A stretch of DNA of 64,000 nt, from positions 17,249-81,248 of the forward strand of contig CABXSA010000002.1 of the NCBI GenBank assembly GCA_902514765.1, given 5' to 3'. Shown piece after piece: positions 19,675-28,913 of the stretch (the first letter of the stretch is position 1; each line of letters opens with the position of its first letter). The DNA is from an uncultured SAR86 cluster bacterium. GTDB lineage: Bacteria > Pseudomonadota > Gammaproteobacteria > Magnimaribacterales > AG-339-G14. The notes beneath the pieces were generated by a model. It saw only the letters and a program-made list of their open reading frames with translations. It did not search any database and was not told the DNA's origin. A program made the translations under genes and the position numbers.

Positions 19675-20907
19675 TTAAAAAGTATTCTGTATCCATCTAA
19701 AGGCTTTATTTATTAGCCCTTTTTCATTTAACATTGCAAAATCCATGTAATCTTCTTCCTGCTCTCTTTGAGCAAACAAAATTAATCCAACTGCTGTGGA
19801 ATATATTGGATTGGATAAAATATCGCTTAATCCAATCAATCCCTGAGGTTTTCCGACTCTTACAGGAGCTTGAAATATTGCCTCGGCTAATTGAGATATG
19901 CCCTCTACTCTTGAGGCTCCACCGGTCAAAACAATTCCTGCGGGTATTGCCTGAGCTAGATTTATATTTCCCATTCTTTGCTTAATAATTTGAAAAATTT
20001 CTTGGTATCTTTCTTCGATAACGGTGGAAAGACCATGTCTTGAGAAAGATTGGTTTTCTCTACCATTTATTGATTCAGTAGTTATCATTTCATTGGAGTC
20101 TGCTAGTTCACTCCAAGCACAACCATGTTTCTTTTTAATATCCTCTGCATTTTGAATCGAAGTTTGAATTGCCCTTGCAATATCATTGGTAACATGTGTT
20201 CCAGCAATTGGAACGTTTACTGTGTGACTAATTGCTCCATCTGAAAAAATTGCGACATCAGAAGTTCCGCCGCCAATATCAATAAGACATACACCTAATT
20301 TCTTTTGATCATCCGTAAGAACTGAATGGCTAGATGCAAGTTGTTCTAAGACATATTTTTGAACATCAATTCCGCATATTTTCATGCAAGATCCAATATT
20401 TGTTGCAGAATTTTTAAGACAAGAAACCAAATGTACATGAGCTTCAAGTCTTACTCCTGCCATGCCTAATGGAGCTTTAACTCCAGGTTGATTATCAATG
20501 ATGAACTCTCTTGGCAAAGCATGCAGAAGCTCATAGCCCTCAGGAATTCTTTGAGCTTGAGCAGTAGACATAACCTTTTCAACTTCACTCATTTTTACTT
20601 TTCTATCTTTTATAGGAACGGCTCCTGAGGAATTAAGGCCATTTACACTCCCGCCTGAAATTCCTACGAAAGCTTTTGTAACCTGGCGACCTGACATGAG
20701 CTCTGCTTTTGAAACTGCCTCTTTGACAGCTACTACTGTAGATTCAATATCTATTATGACGCCATCTCGAAGACCTATTGAATTTTGAATACCCAGGCCC
20801 AATACGTTTATGCCTTCCAGGGTATTCTCTGCAATTATGCAAACGACTTTGGAAGTTCCTATATCTATTCCGACTCTTAAATTATTTTTATTATTGTTCG
20901 CCATCAA
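19675..20907 (-). CDS. ftsA: Cell division protein FtsA
   Basis: 410 aa actin-like ATPase with DIGTSKVV and DIGGGTSD phosphate-binding motifs. Confidence 0.95.
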   Translation of the reverse strand: MMANNNKNNLRVGIDIGTSKVVCIIAENTLEGINVLGLGIQNSIGLRDGVIIDIESTVVAVKEAVSKAELMSGRQVTKAFVGISGGSVNGLNSSGAVPIKDRKVKMSEVEKVMSTAQAQRIPEGYELLHALPREFIIDNQPGVKAPLGMAGVRLEAHVHLVSCLKNSATNIGSCMKICGIDVQKYVLEQLASSHSVLTDDQKKLGVCLIDIGGGTSDVAIFSDGAISHTVNVPIAGTHVTNDIARAIQTSIQNAEDIKKKHGCAWSELADSNEMITTESINGRENQSFSRHGLSTVIEERYQEIFQIIKQRMGNINLAQAIPAGIVLTGGASRVEGISQLAEAIFQAPVRVGKPQGLIGLSDILSNPIYSTAVGLILFAQREQEEDYMDFAMLNEKGLINKAFRWIQNTF

Positions 20908-21404
20908 TAATATCCAATTGCTAATTTATTTTTATGTCTCAAATCTATTGTTTTAAATTTTTTTAAAAATTTTTTTGAATCTTTGCTTTTGAAAAATAAT
21001 TTCAAGGTTCTTAGTTGATCAGAAAGTTGAAAATCTTGAAATTTAATAAATTCGTTATTGGACGTTTGAATTTTTATTTGCCCGAACTTCTTATATTCTA
21101 GCTTCTTTATGTGAAGATCCTTCAGTAACAAGACCTCTTGGATTTCATAATAATTATCCATCAAGCCTAAATGTTTTTTGCCCTCAATTGATAAATTAAC
21201 CAAAGCTAGAGAATCATTATCATTTAATAAGATTAATCCACCGTTTTGGGATATGACTTCAGCTCCATTTAAATGAAAATGAGGTATTTTCTTAACCGCT
21301 TTCCCTTTTGAATTTAAATCGATGATGGAAGAAGCTAGCGCATAACTACTTAAAGATACAAAAGAAAACAGGAAAAATAATTTTATATCGAGCCTGATAT
21401 TCAA
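20904..21404 (-). CDS. ftsQ: Short FtsQ-like cell division protein (166 aa)
   Basis: One N-terminal TM helix. The C-terminal segment ...IKIQTSNNEFIKF...TIDLRHKNKLAIGY resembles the end of the FtsQ beta domain (vDLRY.ngfAV). It lies immediately upstream of ftsA with a 4-nt overlap. It is too short to hold both POTRA and beta domains. Confidence 0.55.
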   Translation of the reverse strand: MNIRLDIKLFFLFSFVSLSSYALASSIIDLNSKGKAVKKIPHFHLNGAEVISQNGGLILLNDNDSLALVNLSIEGKKHLGLMDNYYEIQEVLLLKDLHIKKLEYKKFGQIKIQTSNNEFIKFQDFQLSDQLRTLKLFFKSKDSKKFLKKFKTIDLRHKNKLAIGYY

Positions 21405-21670
21405 TTTACAACCTCAATATTTAATATCTCTTCAGGTCTAATCATAGAGAGGCTTTGTGAAGAATTCTCATAAACCTCTTTCAAAGATTTTTTCTGTTGT
21501 ATTCTGCTACCCAAAGAGAGATTTTCATCTAATTCGTAATTAAATGCTTTTGTAAGCTTGTATATATCTGCGTTTGTTTTTTTTATATTAAAATCCAATT
21601 GTAAATAAACTAATAAAACAAAAGTCAAGATAAGCAAAAGTGAAAGGAATGATATGAATTTAAGAGACAT
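21401..21670 (-). CDS. ftsL: Cell division protein FtsL
   Basis: 89 aa bitopic protein (TM helix FISFLSLLLILTFVLLVYL followed by a helical region). It sits directly after rsmH, the canonical position. Confidence 0.7.
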   Translation of the reverse strand: MSLKFISFLSLLLILTFVLLVYLQLDFNIKKTNADIYKLTKAFNYELDENLSLGSRIQQKKSLKEVYENSSQSLSMIRPEEILNIEVVN

Positions 21671-22532
21671 ATTCTATTTCCCCGATTCTTAAAATTGCGC
21701 TTCTAGATCGAGGATTATTTTGTCTCTCTTCCTTCGATGGCCTTATTTTATTTAAGTTTTTCAAGTTAATACCTTCAAAAAAAAATTTGTAATCTTTCTT
21801 GAAAAAGTTTTTGACTATTCTATCTTCGGCTGAATGGAAGCTAATGACAGCTAAAACACCTCTATCTTTCAAAACTTTTATTGCCGAAATTAAACCTTCC
21901 TTTAATTCCTCAAATTCATTGTTAATTAAAATTCTTATACCTCTAAAAATGTTTGTGGCTGGATGTTTTTTTTGAAACCCTTTTGGTTTGAAAAGCTCTG
22001 CCAGATTTTTAGTAGAAGTAATATCTTTATCTTTCCTTGCATGAATGATTTTTTTTGCAAACTGTCTAGATTTTCTCTCTTCTCCCAGAAAATAAAAAAC
22101 GTCAGCAATCTCTTTTTCTGATGAGGTATTTATCCATTCTTCTGCGGATATTCCTGAAGTATTATCAAATCTCATATCTAATATCCCTTCGCGCATGAAA
22201 CTAAAACCTCTTTCTGGTTTATCTAATTGAAGGGATGAAACTCCTAAGTCAAAAAGAACTCCATTCATAGTTTTTTCTGAAAATAATTTTGAGACATTTG
22301 AAAATGTTGATGTTTGGAATTTAAATCTTTCATCCTTGATTAGATTTGCATAATCTTTTACTTCATTGTCTTTATCTATAGAGTAAAGAAATCCATCCGA
22401 ATTTAGATTTTCTAAAATTTTTTTTGAGTGTCCTCCTAAGCCAAAGGTACAGTCGAGATATGAACCACTTTTATCATAAATAAGATTATTTAATGTTTCT
22501 TTCAACAAAACTGGTTCGTGAGAATAATTCAA
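21660..22532 (-). CDS. rsmH: 16S rRNA (cytosine1402-N4)-methyltransferase
   Basis: 290 aa. HEPVLL start motif and FDLGVSSLQLD motif. Follows mraZ. Confidence 0.95.
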   Translation of the reverse strand: MNYSHEPVLLKETLNNLIYDKSGSYLDCTFGLGGHSKKILENLNSDGFLYSIDKDNEVKDYANLIKDERFKFQTSTFSNVSKLFSEKTMNGVLFDLGVSSLQLDKPERGFSFMREGILDMRFDNTSGISAEEWINTSSEKEIADVFYFLGEERKSRQFAKKIIHARKDKDITSTKNLAELFKPKGFQKKHPATNIFRGIRILINNEFEELKEGLISAIKVLKDRGVLAVISFHSAEDRIVKNFFKKDYKFFFEGINLKNLNKIRPSKEERQNNPRSRSAILRIGEIEYVS

Positions 22533-23005
22533 AATGGAATCTCCTGAACTTCGCTGGGAAGTTCAATTTCTAATTTTTCGCCTTTAATATTTTTTCCTTC
22601 TTCTTTAAGTTTCCAGTTTTTTTCACTCCATAGTTCTAGTTTTTGGCCCATACCAATGAGAACAACTTTAGTTTTTTCTTTAATTTGACTGTAATTTCTA
22701 AGGGACTGAGGAATAAGTAAGGTCATTCTTTCTGAAACTTCAAAATCAATTGCATGAGCATTTCCAAGGAAATTCCACTGTAAAGATCTAATTTTTGGAT
22801 TTAGACCGGAAAGATTTTCAAAGGCATCAGAAATTTTCTTCCACAATGCTCCTGGATAGATTAGTAAAGATGGATATTGAGGATCTCGAGTAATAATAAT
22901 CGATCCTGAAGCCATTTCCTTCAACAAATCTTTGTATCTTGCAGGTATAACAATTCTTCCCTTCGTATCTAAGGAAAGGCTGCTAAACCCATAAAGTCCA
23001 GCCAT
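22529..23005 (-). CDS. mraZ: Transcriptional regulator MraZ
   Basis: 158 aa. LDTKGRIVIP (DxxxR-type motif) within a duplicated SpoVT/AbrB-like fold. First gene of the dcw cluster. Confidence 0.92.
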   Translation of the reverse strand: MAGLYGFSSLSLDTKGRIVIPARYKDLLKEMASGSIIITRDPQYPSLLIYPGALWKKISDAFENLSGLNPKIRSLQWNFLGNAHAIDFEVSERMTLLIPQSLRNYSQIKEKTKVVLIGMGQKLELWSEKNWKLKEEGKNIKGEKLEIELPSEVQEIPF

Positions 23006-23022
23006 AAAGTAGTCCCAAAAAG

Positions 23023-23062
23023 TTACACTAAAGTATACTTTTGCACACTTTTACACACTTTT
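23023..23062 (-). promoter_or_regulatory. Four tandem 10-bp direct repeats, candidate MraZ operator
   Basis: The minus strand reads AAAAGTGTGt AAAAGTGTGc AAAAGTATAc tttAGTGTAa, ending 18 nt upstream of the mraZ ATG. A 10-bp phase and a GTG core are the known architecture of MraZ boxes. Confidence 0.5.
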
Positions 23063-23127
23063 AGGAGATTGTAAATATATAAAAACTTACAAAAAACAGA
23101 TTTTTTTTGAAATAAAGGCTGATGATA

Positions 23128-23468
23128 TGGATTGAGCTGACTCATAAGCCGGGTTCTGTTTGAAGTAATCATTCATCTTGAATTCATGTCGCCATAAATC
23201 TCTAGCGGCCTACCCAGATTCAATGCGGAAAACATTATAAAATCTCTATTTGGCCTTGCTCCAAGTGGGGTTTACCTAGCTATTTTTTGTTACCAAAAAA
23301 TACGGTGAGCTCTTACCTCACCTTTTCAACCTTACCCTTAGGCGGTTTCTTTTCTGTTGCACTTTCCATAGCAAGCTTTTAAAACTTACTTCCAGGAGTT
23401 ACCTGGCACTTTTTCCTGTGGAGCCCGGACTTTCCTCTGCAATGCAGCGATTACTCGGTCAGCTCGCG
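23128..23468 (-). ncRNA. rnpB: RNase P RNA, bacterial type A
   Basis: The minus strand contains the universal blocks GAGGAAAGTCCGGGCTCCACAGG, AGTGCAACAGAAA, GGTAAGAGCTCACC, GGTAAACCCCACTTGGAGCAAGGCCAAATAG and ACAGAACCCGGCTTAT. The P1 helix pairs GAGCTGAC (23458-23465) with GTCAGCTC (23134-23141). Confidence 0.9.
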
Positions 23469-23471
23469 GTG

Positions 23472-23501
23472 ATTATACTTATTCTTTATATTTGTTGTAA
23501 A
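23472..23501 (-). promoter_or_regulatory. Candidate sigma70 promoter of rnpB (TTTACA-18-TATAAT)
   Basis: A perfect TATAAT (23472-23477, minus strand) lies about 6 nt upstream of the P1 5' strand. TTTACA (23496-23501) lies inside the 3' end of rsmI. Confidence 0.4.
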
Positions 23502-24303
23502 TTTCTTTTGCACTTTGATTAGAAATTTTTGAAAAAACTTTTGAAAATTGTTTTAAAGATAGATCATTCGATAATGAAGAATGTAAAAAATCCAATTTTT
23601 TATCAAATTCATCATTTTTTTTATCAGATCCTTCTAAAACAATAACAATTTCTCCTTTGGAAAGATTTGAATCTACTTCTGCTAAATGATTCATCTCTTC
23701 TAGCCTACCTCTTAGTGTTGTTTCATGCATTTTAGTCATTTCACGAGCAATACTAATTCTTCTATTTTCGCCAAGAATATTTCTCATGGCTTTCAAGGTT
23801 TTTTTTATTCTATGAGGTGATTCGAAGAAAATAATTGTCTTTGTTTCATAATTATATTTTGAAAGTAGTGATTTCAACTCGCTAGATTTTTTTGGGAGAA
23901 AACCTTCAAAAATAAACTTATTATTTTTGAATCCAGAAGTAATTAATCCAGAGATTACTGAAGACGGACCCGGAATACTTACAACATTTATTTTTTCGCT
24001 AATGACTTGTGAAACTAATTCATGACCTGGATCAGAGACTAAAGGTGTTCCAGCATCTGAAATCAAAGAAATGGATTTTCCGTCTTTTAGGTGTTTTATT
24101 ATAGAAGAAATTTTTTTCTGAGATGAAAAGTCATTGTATGAAACCAACTTGCTGCAAATTTTATGTGCTAAAAAAAGTTTTTTTGAATTTCTTGTATCTT
24201 CTGCAAAGACAATGCTTGACTCATTAAGTATTCTAATTGCTCTTAAAGTTATATCTTCTAAATTACCAATTGGTGTAGCAACTAAATATAATGTTCCGAT
24301 CAT
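23479..24303 (-). CDS. rsmI: 16S rRNA (cytidine1402-2'-O)-methyltransferase
   Basis: 274 aa. N-terminal LYLVATPIGNLEDITLRA motif of the tetrapyrrole-methylase-fold RsmI family. Confidence 0.93.
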   Translation of the reverse strand: MIGTLYLVATPIGNLEDITLRAIRILNESSIVFAEDTRNSKKLFLAHKICSKLVSYNDFSSQKKISSIIKHLKDGKSISLISDAGTPLVSDPGHELVSQVISEKINVVSIPGPSSVISGLITSGFKNNKFIFEGFLPKKSSELKSLLSKYNYETKTIIFFESPHRIKKTLKAMRNILGENRRISIAREMTKMHETTLRGRLEEMNHLAEVDSNLSKGEIVIVLEGSDKKNDEFDKKLDFLHSSLSNDLSLKQFSKVFSKISNQSAKEIYNKYKE

Positions 24304-25363
24304 GTTAAAAAAAATAACTCATCATGTTATCTTGGTTTTCATCCTAACTTGCTGCTCTTTAACTGGCAATAAATACTCACAAAAAGAAGATGATGTTGAA
24401 GTATTTAAAAGTAAAGATTTGATACTAAGTTCATCTCGATTAAGTTCAAATATAGATATTATTTTTTTTGAAGAAGAAAATGATATTCAAGAATCTTTTT
24501 TGGAAGGAATTAAAAATGGTTATTTTGTTTTAAGAGAAAGACAGAAAAGAAACGCCGCGATTAATTTCATAGATCTTTCAAAAGATAAATCTTTTGATTG
24601 CTCAAAATTACAAACCAGAACAAAAAAATTAATTTACCTTAATAGTAACTTACTAAATATTTTAAATAGTTGTAATTTAAAAAATAATAATAATATTTTG
24701 GTGGTTATAGGAATAGAGAAAAAAATTAATTTAAAATTAAATTATATAAATCCATTCCATGACTACGTAGATTATCTTTACAGCTCTGATCCTGAGATTC
24801 TTCTTGAAGAATCAGTAGTTTTGACTGATGGAGAATTAAAGGCAGAAAATTATTTTTTAATTGAAGAAAAATCAAACATTGAAAAGAAGATTTCAGAGCT
24901 TTTTGAAATTAATAAGAGTTCTAATAGAAAAAAAGATTTAGAAAGAATAACTCAAAGTAGAATCTATCAAACTCCAAGATTCAGAAAAGATATAAAAAAA
25001 ATTATTATTGACACTAGAGAAATTTCAGCAGAGAGAATTATACCTGCAATTAATTTTAACTTAATTTTTGAGCCTGAGGTTTATACCCTTCCTGGTCAAC
25101 TTGATCTGTGGAGATTTTCAAAAAAGGAATTTAATACAATTTTGAAAGGTTTAGAACATCCTATCTTATTAAGTAACAACTATTTATTCGAAGATGAGTT
25201 TTCAAAAAAACAAATTCAAGAAAAGCTTTTTTATGCTTTAGGGTTTGATTCTCTATTGTTTTTCGGGAGAGGTATAAACGGAAGGTTTAATGGACTTCTG
25301 GGGGAATATTCAAAAAAAGAAAATAAAATATTTATTAGGCCAGAAAAAATTGGGTTCAAATAA
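24302..25363 (+). CDS. Putative lipoprotein, LpoA-like (C-terminal domain only)
   Basis: Start moved from the track's 24134 to the ATG at 24302, which gives a signal peptide MLKKITHHVILVFILTCCS with a possible lipobox. It is divergent from rsmI, as lpoA is in E. coli. The C-terminus KLFYALGFDSLLFF...GLLGEY...IFIRPEKIGF resembles the end of LpoA. It is 353 aa, versus 678 aa in E. coli. Confidence 0.45.
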   Translation: MLKKITHHVILVFILTCCSLTGNKYSQKEDDVEVFKSKDLILSSSRLSSNIDIIFFEEENDIQESFLEGIKNGYFVLRERQKRNAAINFIDLSKDKSFDCSKLQTRTKKLIYLNSNLLNILNSCNLKNNNNILVVIGIEKKINLKLNYINPFHDYVDYLYSSDPEILLEESVVLTDGELKAENYFLIEEKSNIEKKISELFEINKSSNRKKDLERITQSRIYQTPRFRKDIKKIIIDTREISAERIIPAINFNLIFEPEVYTLPGQLDLWRFSKKEFNTILKGLEHPILLSNNYLFEDEFSKKQIQEKLFYALGFDSLLFFGRGINGRFNGLLGEYSKKENKIFIRPEKIGFK

Positions 25364-25365
25364 AA

Positions 25366-25998
25366 TTAAAGCAATTCAATTTCTAAAGAAGTAAAACTTT
25401 CTTTGACGCTAGGCAGGTCCTGCATCCTTTCAATATAATTAAAAAGGGGTTTTGATGCTTTATTATTAGGAATTTTAATTTGATGATGATCAAGCCTTAA
25501 AAGAATTGGAATAATTACAGCATCTAATACTGAAAACTCATCGTTTCTGAAAAATTTTTTATTATCAAACATTGATAAAGAGTTTGAAATATTTTTTTGG
25601 AGGTCGTTTCTAGCTTTTGTAATTTGGGGTTTTGAAGAATTAGTATTTTCAAGAACATCTAAATTTTCAGCCCAGTCCTTTTCAATTCTTTGAAGGATTA
25701 ATCTGAATTGAGCTCTTGAAACAGGGTAAACAGGCAAAAGAGGTGGGTGAGGAAATCTTTCGTCGAGGTATTCAACTATTAAACCAGAGTGATATAGGGA
25801 GAGTTCTCTGTCTACTAAAAGAGGTAAATGTCCATCAGGATTTATCTCTAAAATTTCCTTAGGAAGATCGTCTTTGCTAAGCACTTCTAAATTACAAGAT
25901 ATTCCTTTTTCAGCGATTACTATCCTAACTTTTTGTGATCTATGCCCAATATCATCATGGAACAAAACCATAGCAGACCTATTACTTAGAAGACTCAT
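25366..25998 (-). CDS. sspA: Stringent starvation protein A
   Basis: 210 aa GST-fold protein. ...SQKVRIVIAEKGI...PLLVDRELSLYHSGLIVEYLDERFPHPPLLPVYPV is a close match to SspA. It follows petC, as in Pseudomonas. Confidence 0.9.
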   Translation of the reverse strand: MSLLSNRSAMVLFHDDIGHRSQKVRIVIAEKGISCNLEVLSKDDLPKEILEINPDGHLPLLVDRELSLYHSGLIVEYLDERFPHPPLLPVYPVSRAQFRLILQRIEKDWAENLDVLENTNSSKPQITKARNDLQKNISNSLSMFDNKKFFRNDEFSVLDAVIIPILLRLDHHQIKIPNNKASKPLFNYIERMQDLPSVKESFTSLEIELL

Positions 25999-26002
25999 AA
26001 AA

Positions 26003-26701
26003 CTATTTTAAATCCTTTTTAAATTCTCTATATGTCATATAAGCAAAAGCTGTAAAAATTATCAAAAAAAGTAACACATAAGTACCAATCCTTTTACGTT
26101 GCTCTGCGGAGGGATCTGCCACATATGTCATGAAGTTAGTTAAATCATATATAACTTGATCATATTGACTTTCAGAGAGAGTATTTTGCATATCCTCTAA
26201 AACATGAGGCATATTTACATTTTGATACACTCTATTGTTTACTCCATAAGGTCTTGAAGAATCAGGATAGTAGTTTCTTAGGTATGTATATATCCAGTCG
26301 GGTCTCCTCAATCTGGCTTCTAGAGTGAGATCGGGAGGATAAGCTCCGAGCCAATCGATTGCATCTTCTTTAGTCAAACTTATCTCCATAAGATCCCCTA
26401 TTTTTGAACCATCATAAATTAAATTGTTCTCATACATTTCTAAGGGAATAAGTAAATCTTCAGCAACTCTTTTATATCTTGAATATTTTAGAGAATGACA
26501 ACCATAGCAGTAATTCATATAAGTAGATAATCCTCTTTGTAATGAAGCTTTATCTGATACATCTGCCTTAAAATTATCACATTCCATTGAACCACAACGA
26601 TATTCTCCGGCAGAAAAAATGAGGAAAGAAGAAGATATGACTATTAGATAAAAGAGGCTTTTCAAGCTGGATCTCCGACACGTTCTGGAACGGGTTTGCA
26701 T
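26003..26701 (-). CDS. petC: Cytochrome c1 subunit of the bc1 complex
   Basis: 232 aa. Heme-binding motif CYGCHS and a C-terminal TM anchor. The ATG at 26701 overlaps petB by 40 nt. A TTG at 26665 would give a TTGA stop/start overlap and a clean signal peptide (MKSLFYLIV...). Confidence 0.9.
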   Translation of the reverse strand: MQTRSRTCRRSSLKSLFYLIVISSSFLIFSAGEYRCGSMECDNFKADVSDKASLQRGLSTYMNYCYGCHSLKYSRYKRVAEDLLIPLEMYENNLIYDGSKIGDLMEISLTKEDAIDWLGAYPPDLTLEARLRRPDWIYTYLRNYYPDSSRPYGVNNRVYQNVNMPHVLEDMQNTLSESQYDQVIYDLTNFMTYVADPSAEQRKRIGTYVLLFLIIFTAFAYMTYREFKKDLK

Positions 26702-27918
26702 TTCTCGAATTTTGTATAAATAGGCATTAATAAAAAATATGCAAAATAGATAAAGGTAAATACTTTTGCAAGCATGTTTTTAGTTTCAGTAGGAGGAACA
26801 GAGCCAAGGTAAGCTAAAACAAAAAAACTTATTACAAATCCAGCTAAAAAAGCTTTGCTGTAGATACCTTTATACTTTATCGACTTAACTGGACTTCTAT
26901 CTAACCAAGGTAGCGCAGCAAAAATCGCAATTCCTGCAGCCATCACAACGAAGCCTAAAAACTTAGCAGTTAATCCAAATAATGGGAAATCTATTGCTCT
27001 TAGCATGGCATAAAATGGAGTGTAATACCATGAGGGTACAATATGGGCTGGCGTAGAAAGTGGATTAGCAGGTTCATAGTTAACGTACTCGATGATATAT
27101 CCGCCTCCTTCTGGGAAGAAGAATATTACAGAACAAAATATTATTAAAAATACTCCTAATGCATAGAAATCATGAGTGATGTCATAAGGAAAGAAAGGTT
27201 TAGCGTCTAAAGGAACGCCATCCTGGTCTGTATGTTTCTTTACATCAATGCCATCTGGATTATTTGAGCCAATTTCGTGGAGCGCTAATATATGAAAGAA
27301 AACTACTGCAATAATTAAGATTGGTAATAAAACTACATGGAAAGCAAAAAGTCTCGACAAAGTAATTCCTGATACTATGTAATCACCTCTGATCCAAATA
27401 GCAAGATCTTCTCCAAAGTAGGGAATAGAACCTACAAGAGATATAATTACTTGTGCTGCCCAGAATGACATCTGCCCCCAAGGAAGAACATAACCTGTAA
27501 ATCCTTCTGCACATAAGAGAACATATACGAACCATCCACCTACCCAAATTAATTCTCTAGGTTTCTGGTAAGACCCATACATCATGCCTCTAAACATATG
27601 TAGATAAATCAAGGCAAAAAATGCTGATGCTCCTCCAGCATGCATATATCTAATAAGCCATCCATAATCTACATCTCTCATGATGTATTCAATAGAGGAA
27701 AATGCTCCTTCTGCTGTGTTGGTGTAATTCATCATCAACCACAAACCGGTTAAAATCTGCATCACTAGAACGATTAATAAAAGAAAACCAAATAAATACC
27801 AAATGTTTATGTTGGAAGGAGAATAATATTTTGAAAGATGCCTTTCAAAGAGATCTACAACAGGGAATCTGCTATCTACCCATTCAAGACTTTTTTTTCC
27901 AATAGTATTTTCGCTCAT
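26662..27918 (-). CDS. petB: Cytochrome b subunit of the bc1 complex
   Basis: 418 aa polytopic protein with typical cytochrome b sequence ([25 protein letters not shown]-like [14 protein letters not shown]). Confidence 0.96.
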   Translation of the reverse strand: MSENTIGKKSLEWVDSRFPVVDLFERHLSKYYSPSNINIWYLFGFLLLIVLVMQILTGLWLMMNYTNTAEGAFSSIEYIMRDVDYGWLIRYMHAGGASAFFALIYLHMFRGMMYGSYQKPRELIWVGGWFVYVLLCAEGFTGYVLPWGQMSFWAAQVIISLVGSIPYFGEDLAIWIRGDYIVSGITLSRLFAFHVVLLPILIIAVVFFHILALHEIGSNNPDGIDVKKHTDQDGVPLDAKPFFPYDITHDFYALGVFLIIFCSVIFFFPEGGGYIIEYVNYEPANPLSTPAHIVPSWYYTPFYAMLRAIDFPLFGLTAKFLGFVVMAAGIAIFAALPWLDRSPVKSIKYKGIYSKAFLAGFVISFFVLAYLGSVPPTETKNMLAKVFTFIYFAYFLLMPIYTKFEKCKPVPERVGDPA

Positions 27919-28511
27919 TAACTTACTCCGTCTGAACCGATAACCAATAAGTTATCTTTTTCAAAAAAATGTGGAGGCACAACTAAATTCGTGGGGGCAG
28001 GAACATTTGCATAAACCCTTCCGACCAAGTCAAATTTTGAACCATGACAAGGACAAAAAAATCCTCCCTGCCAATTTGAATCAAAATCTTCTGGTTTTGC
28101 ATCTGGATAATACTTTGGAGCACACCCCAAATGAGTACAAACTCCTGTTAAAACAGCTATTCCCTCTTTTCTTGACCTGATATCGTTTTTTGCATAATCC
28201 GGTTGAGAAGGATCTTCCATATTCGGATCAGCTAGTCTTTCTAGGTTTTTTGTTATGAAGTTTGTATTTTCTTTCGGAATATTAACAACAAAAACTGGTC
28301 TTCCTCTCCACTCAACCGTCATCATTTCTCCTGGAAGTAACTTTGAAAGATCAACTTTGACTGGTGCACCCGCAGCTTCTGCTTTAGCACTTGGCTTAAA
28401 TGCGCTTACAAAAGGTATAGCTGTAAAAAAAGCTCCTATAATACCTAGGTAAGAAGTTGTATAGGTAAGGAATTTCCTTCTGCCAGGATTAGGAGGGCTT
28501 TTGGGTTGCAT
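27918..28511 (-). CDS. petA: Rieske iron-sulfur subunit of the bc1 complex
   Basis: 197 aa with the 2Fe-2S boxes CTHLGC and CPCHGS. Confidence 0.95.
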   Translation of the reverse strand: MQPKSPPNPGRRKFLTYTTSYLGIIGAFFTAIPFVSAFKPSAKAEAAGAPVKVDLSKLLPGEMMTVEWRGRPVFVVNIPKENTNFITKNLERLADPNMEDPSQPDYAKNDIRSRKEGIAVLTGVCTHLGCAPKYYPDAKPEDFDSNWQGGFFCPCHGSKFDLVGRVYANVPAPTNLVVPPHFFEKDNLLVIGSDGVS

Positions 28512-28514
28512 ATT

Positions 28515-28904
28515 TTATCTTTTGCTGAATTGAGGAGCTTTTCTAGCTTTTCTTAATCCAACCTTTTTTCTTTCTACTTTTCTCGAATCTCTAGTTAAGT
28601 AGCCTGCGGACTTTAATGCTCCTCGAAACTCACTGTTCTTTTTTTCAAGCGCCCTAGAAATACCATGCCTAATCGCGCCAGCTTGTCCAAAGGAACCTCC
28701 GCCAGAAACCTTGATTTTGAAGTCATATTTAAGATCGCAATCTAAGAGTTTCAATGGCTGTTTGACGAGTATTTTAGCTACTTCTCTTCCAAAGTAATCT
28801 TCTAAAGGTAGATCATTTATTAATATATTTCCTGAACCCTCATAAAGGTATACTCGTGCAGTTGCTCTTTTTCGTCTTCCAGTTGCGTATGTTGCTTCTG
28901 ACAT
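28515..28904 (-). CDS. rpsI: 30S ribosomal protein S9
   Basis: 129 aa. [19 protein letters not shown] and a C-terminal ...[11 protein letters not shown]. Confidence 0.96.
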   Translation of the reverse strand: MSEATYATGRRKRATARVYLYEGSGNILINDLPLEDYFGREVAKILVKQPLKLLDCDLKYDFKIKVSGGGSFGQAGAIRHGISRALEKKNSEFRGALKSAGYLTRDSRKVERKKVGLRKARKAPQFSKR

Positions 28905-28913
28905 ATTCTAAAT

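Noticed and set aside
23063-23127. An attempt to define the mraZ (Pmra) promoter hexamers (for example TTGTAA … TACAAT).
   Set aside because: The best hexamer pairs have a 13-nt spacer or poor -35 matches. In DNA this AT-rich, many TATAAT-like strings occur by chance, so no promoter is called here.
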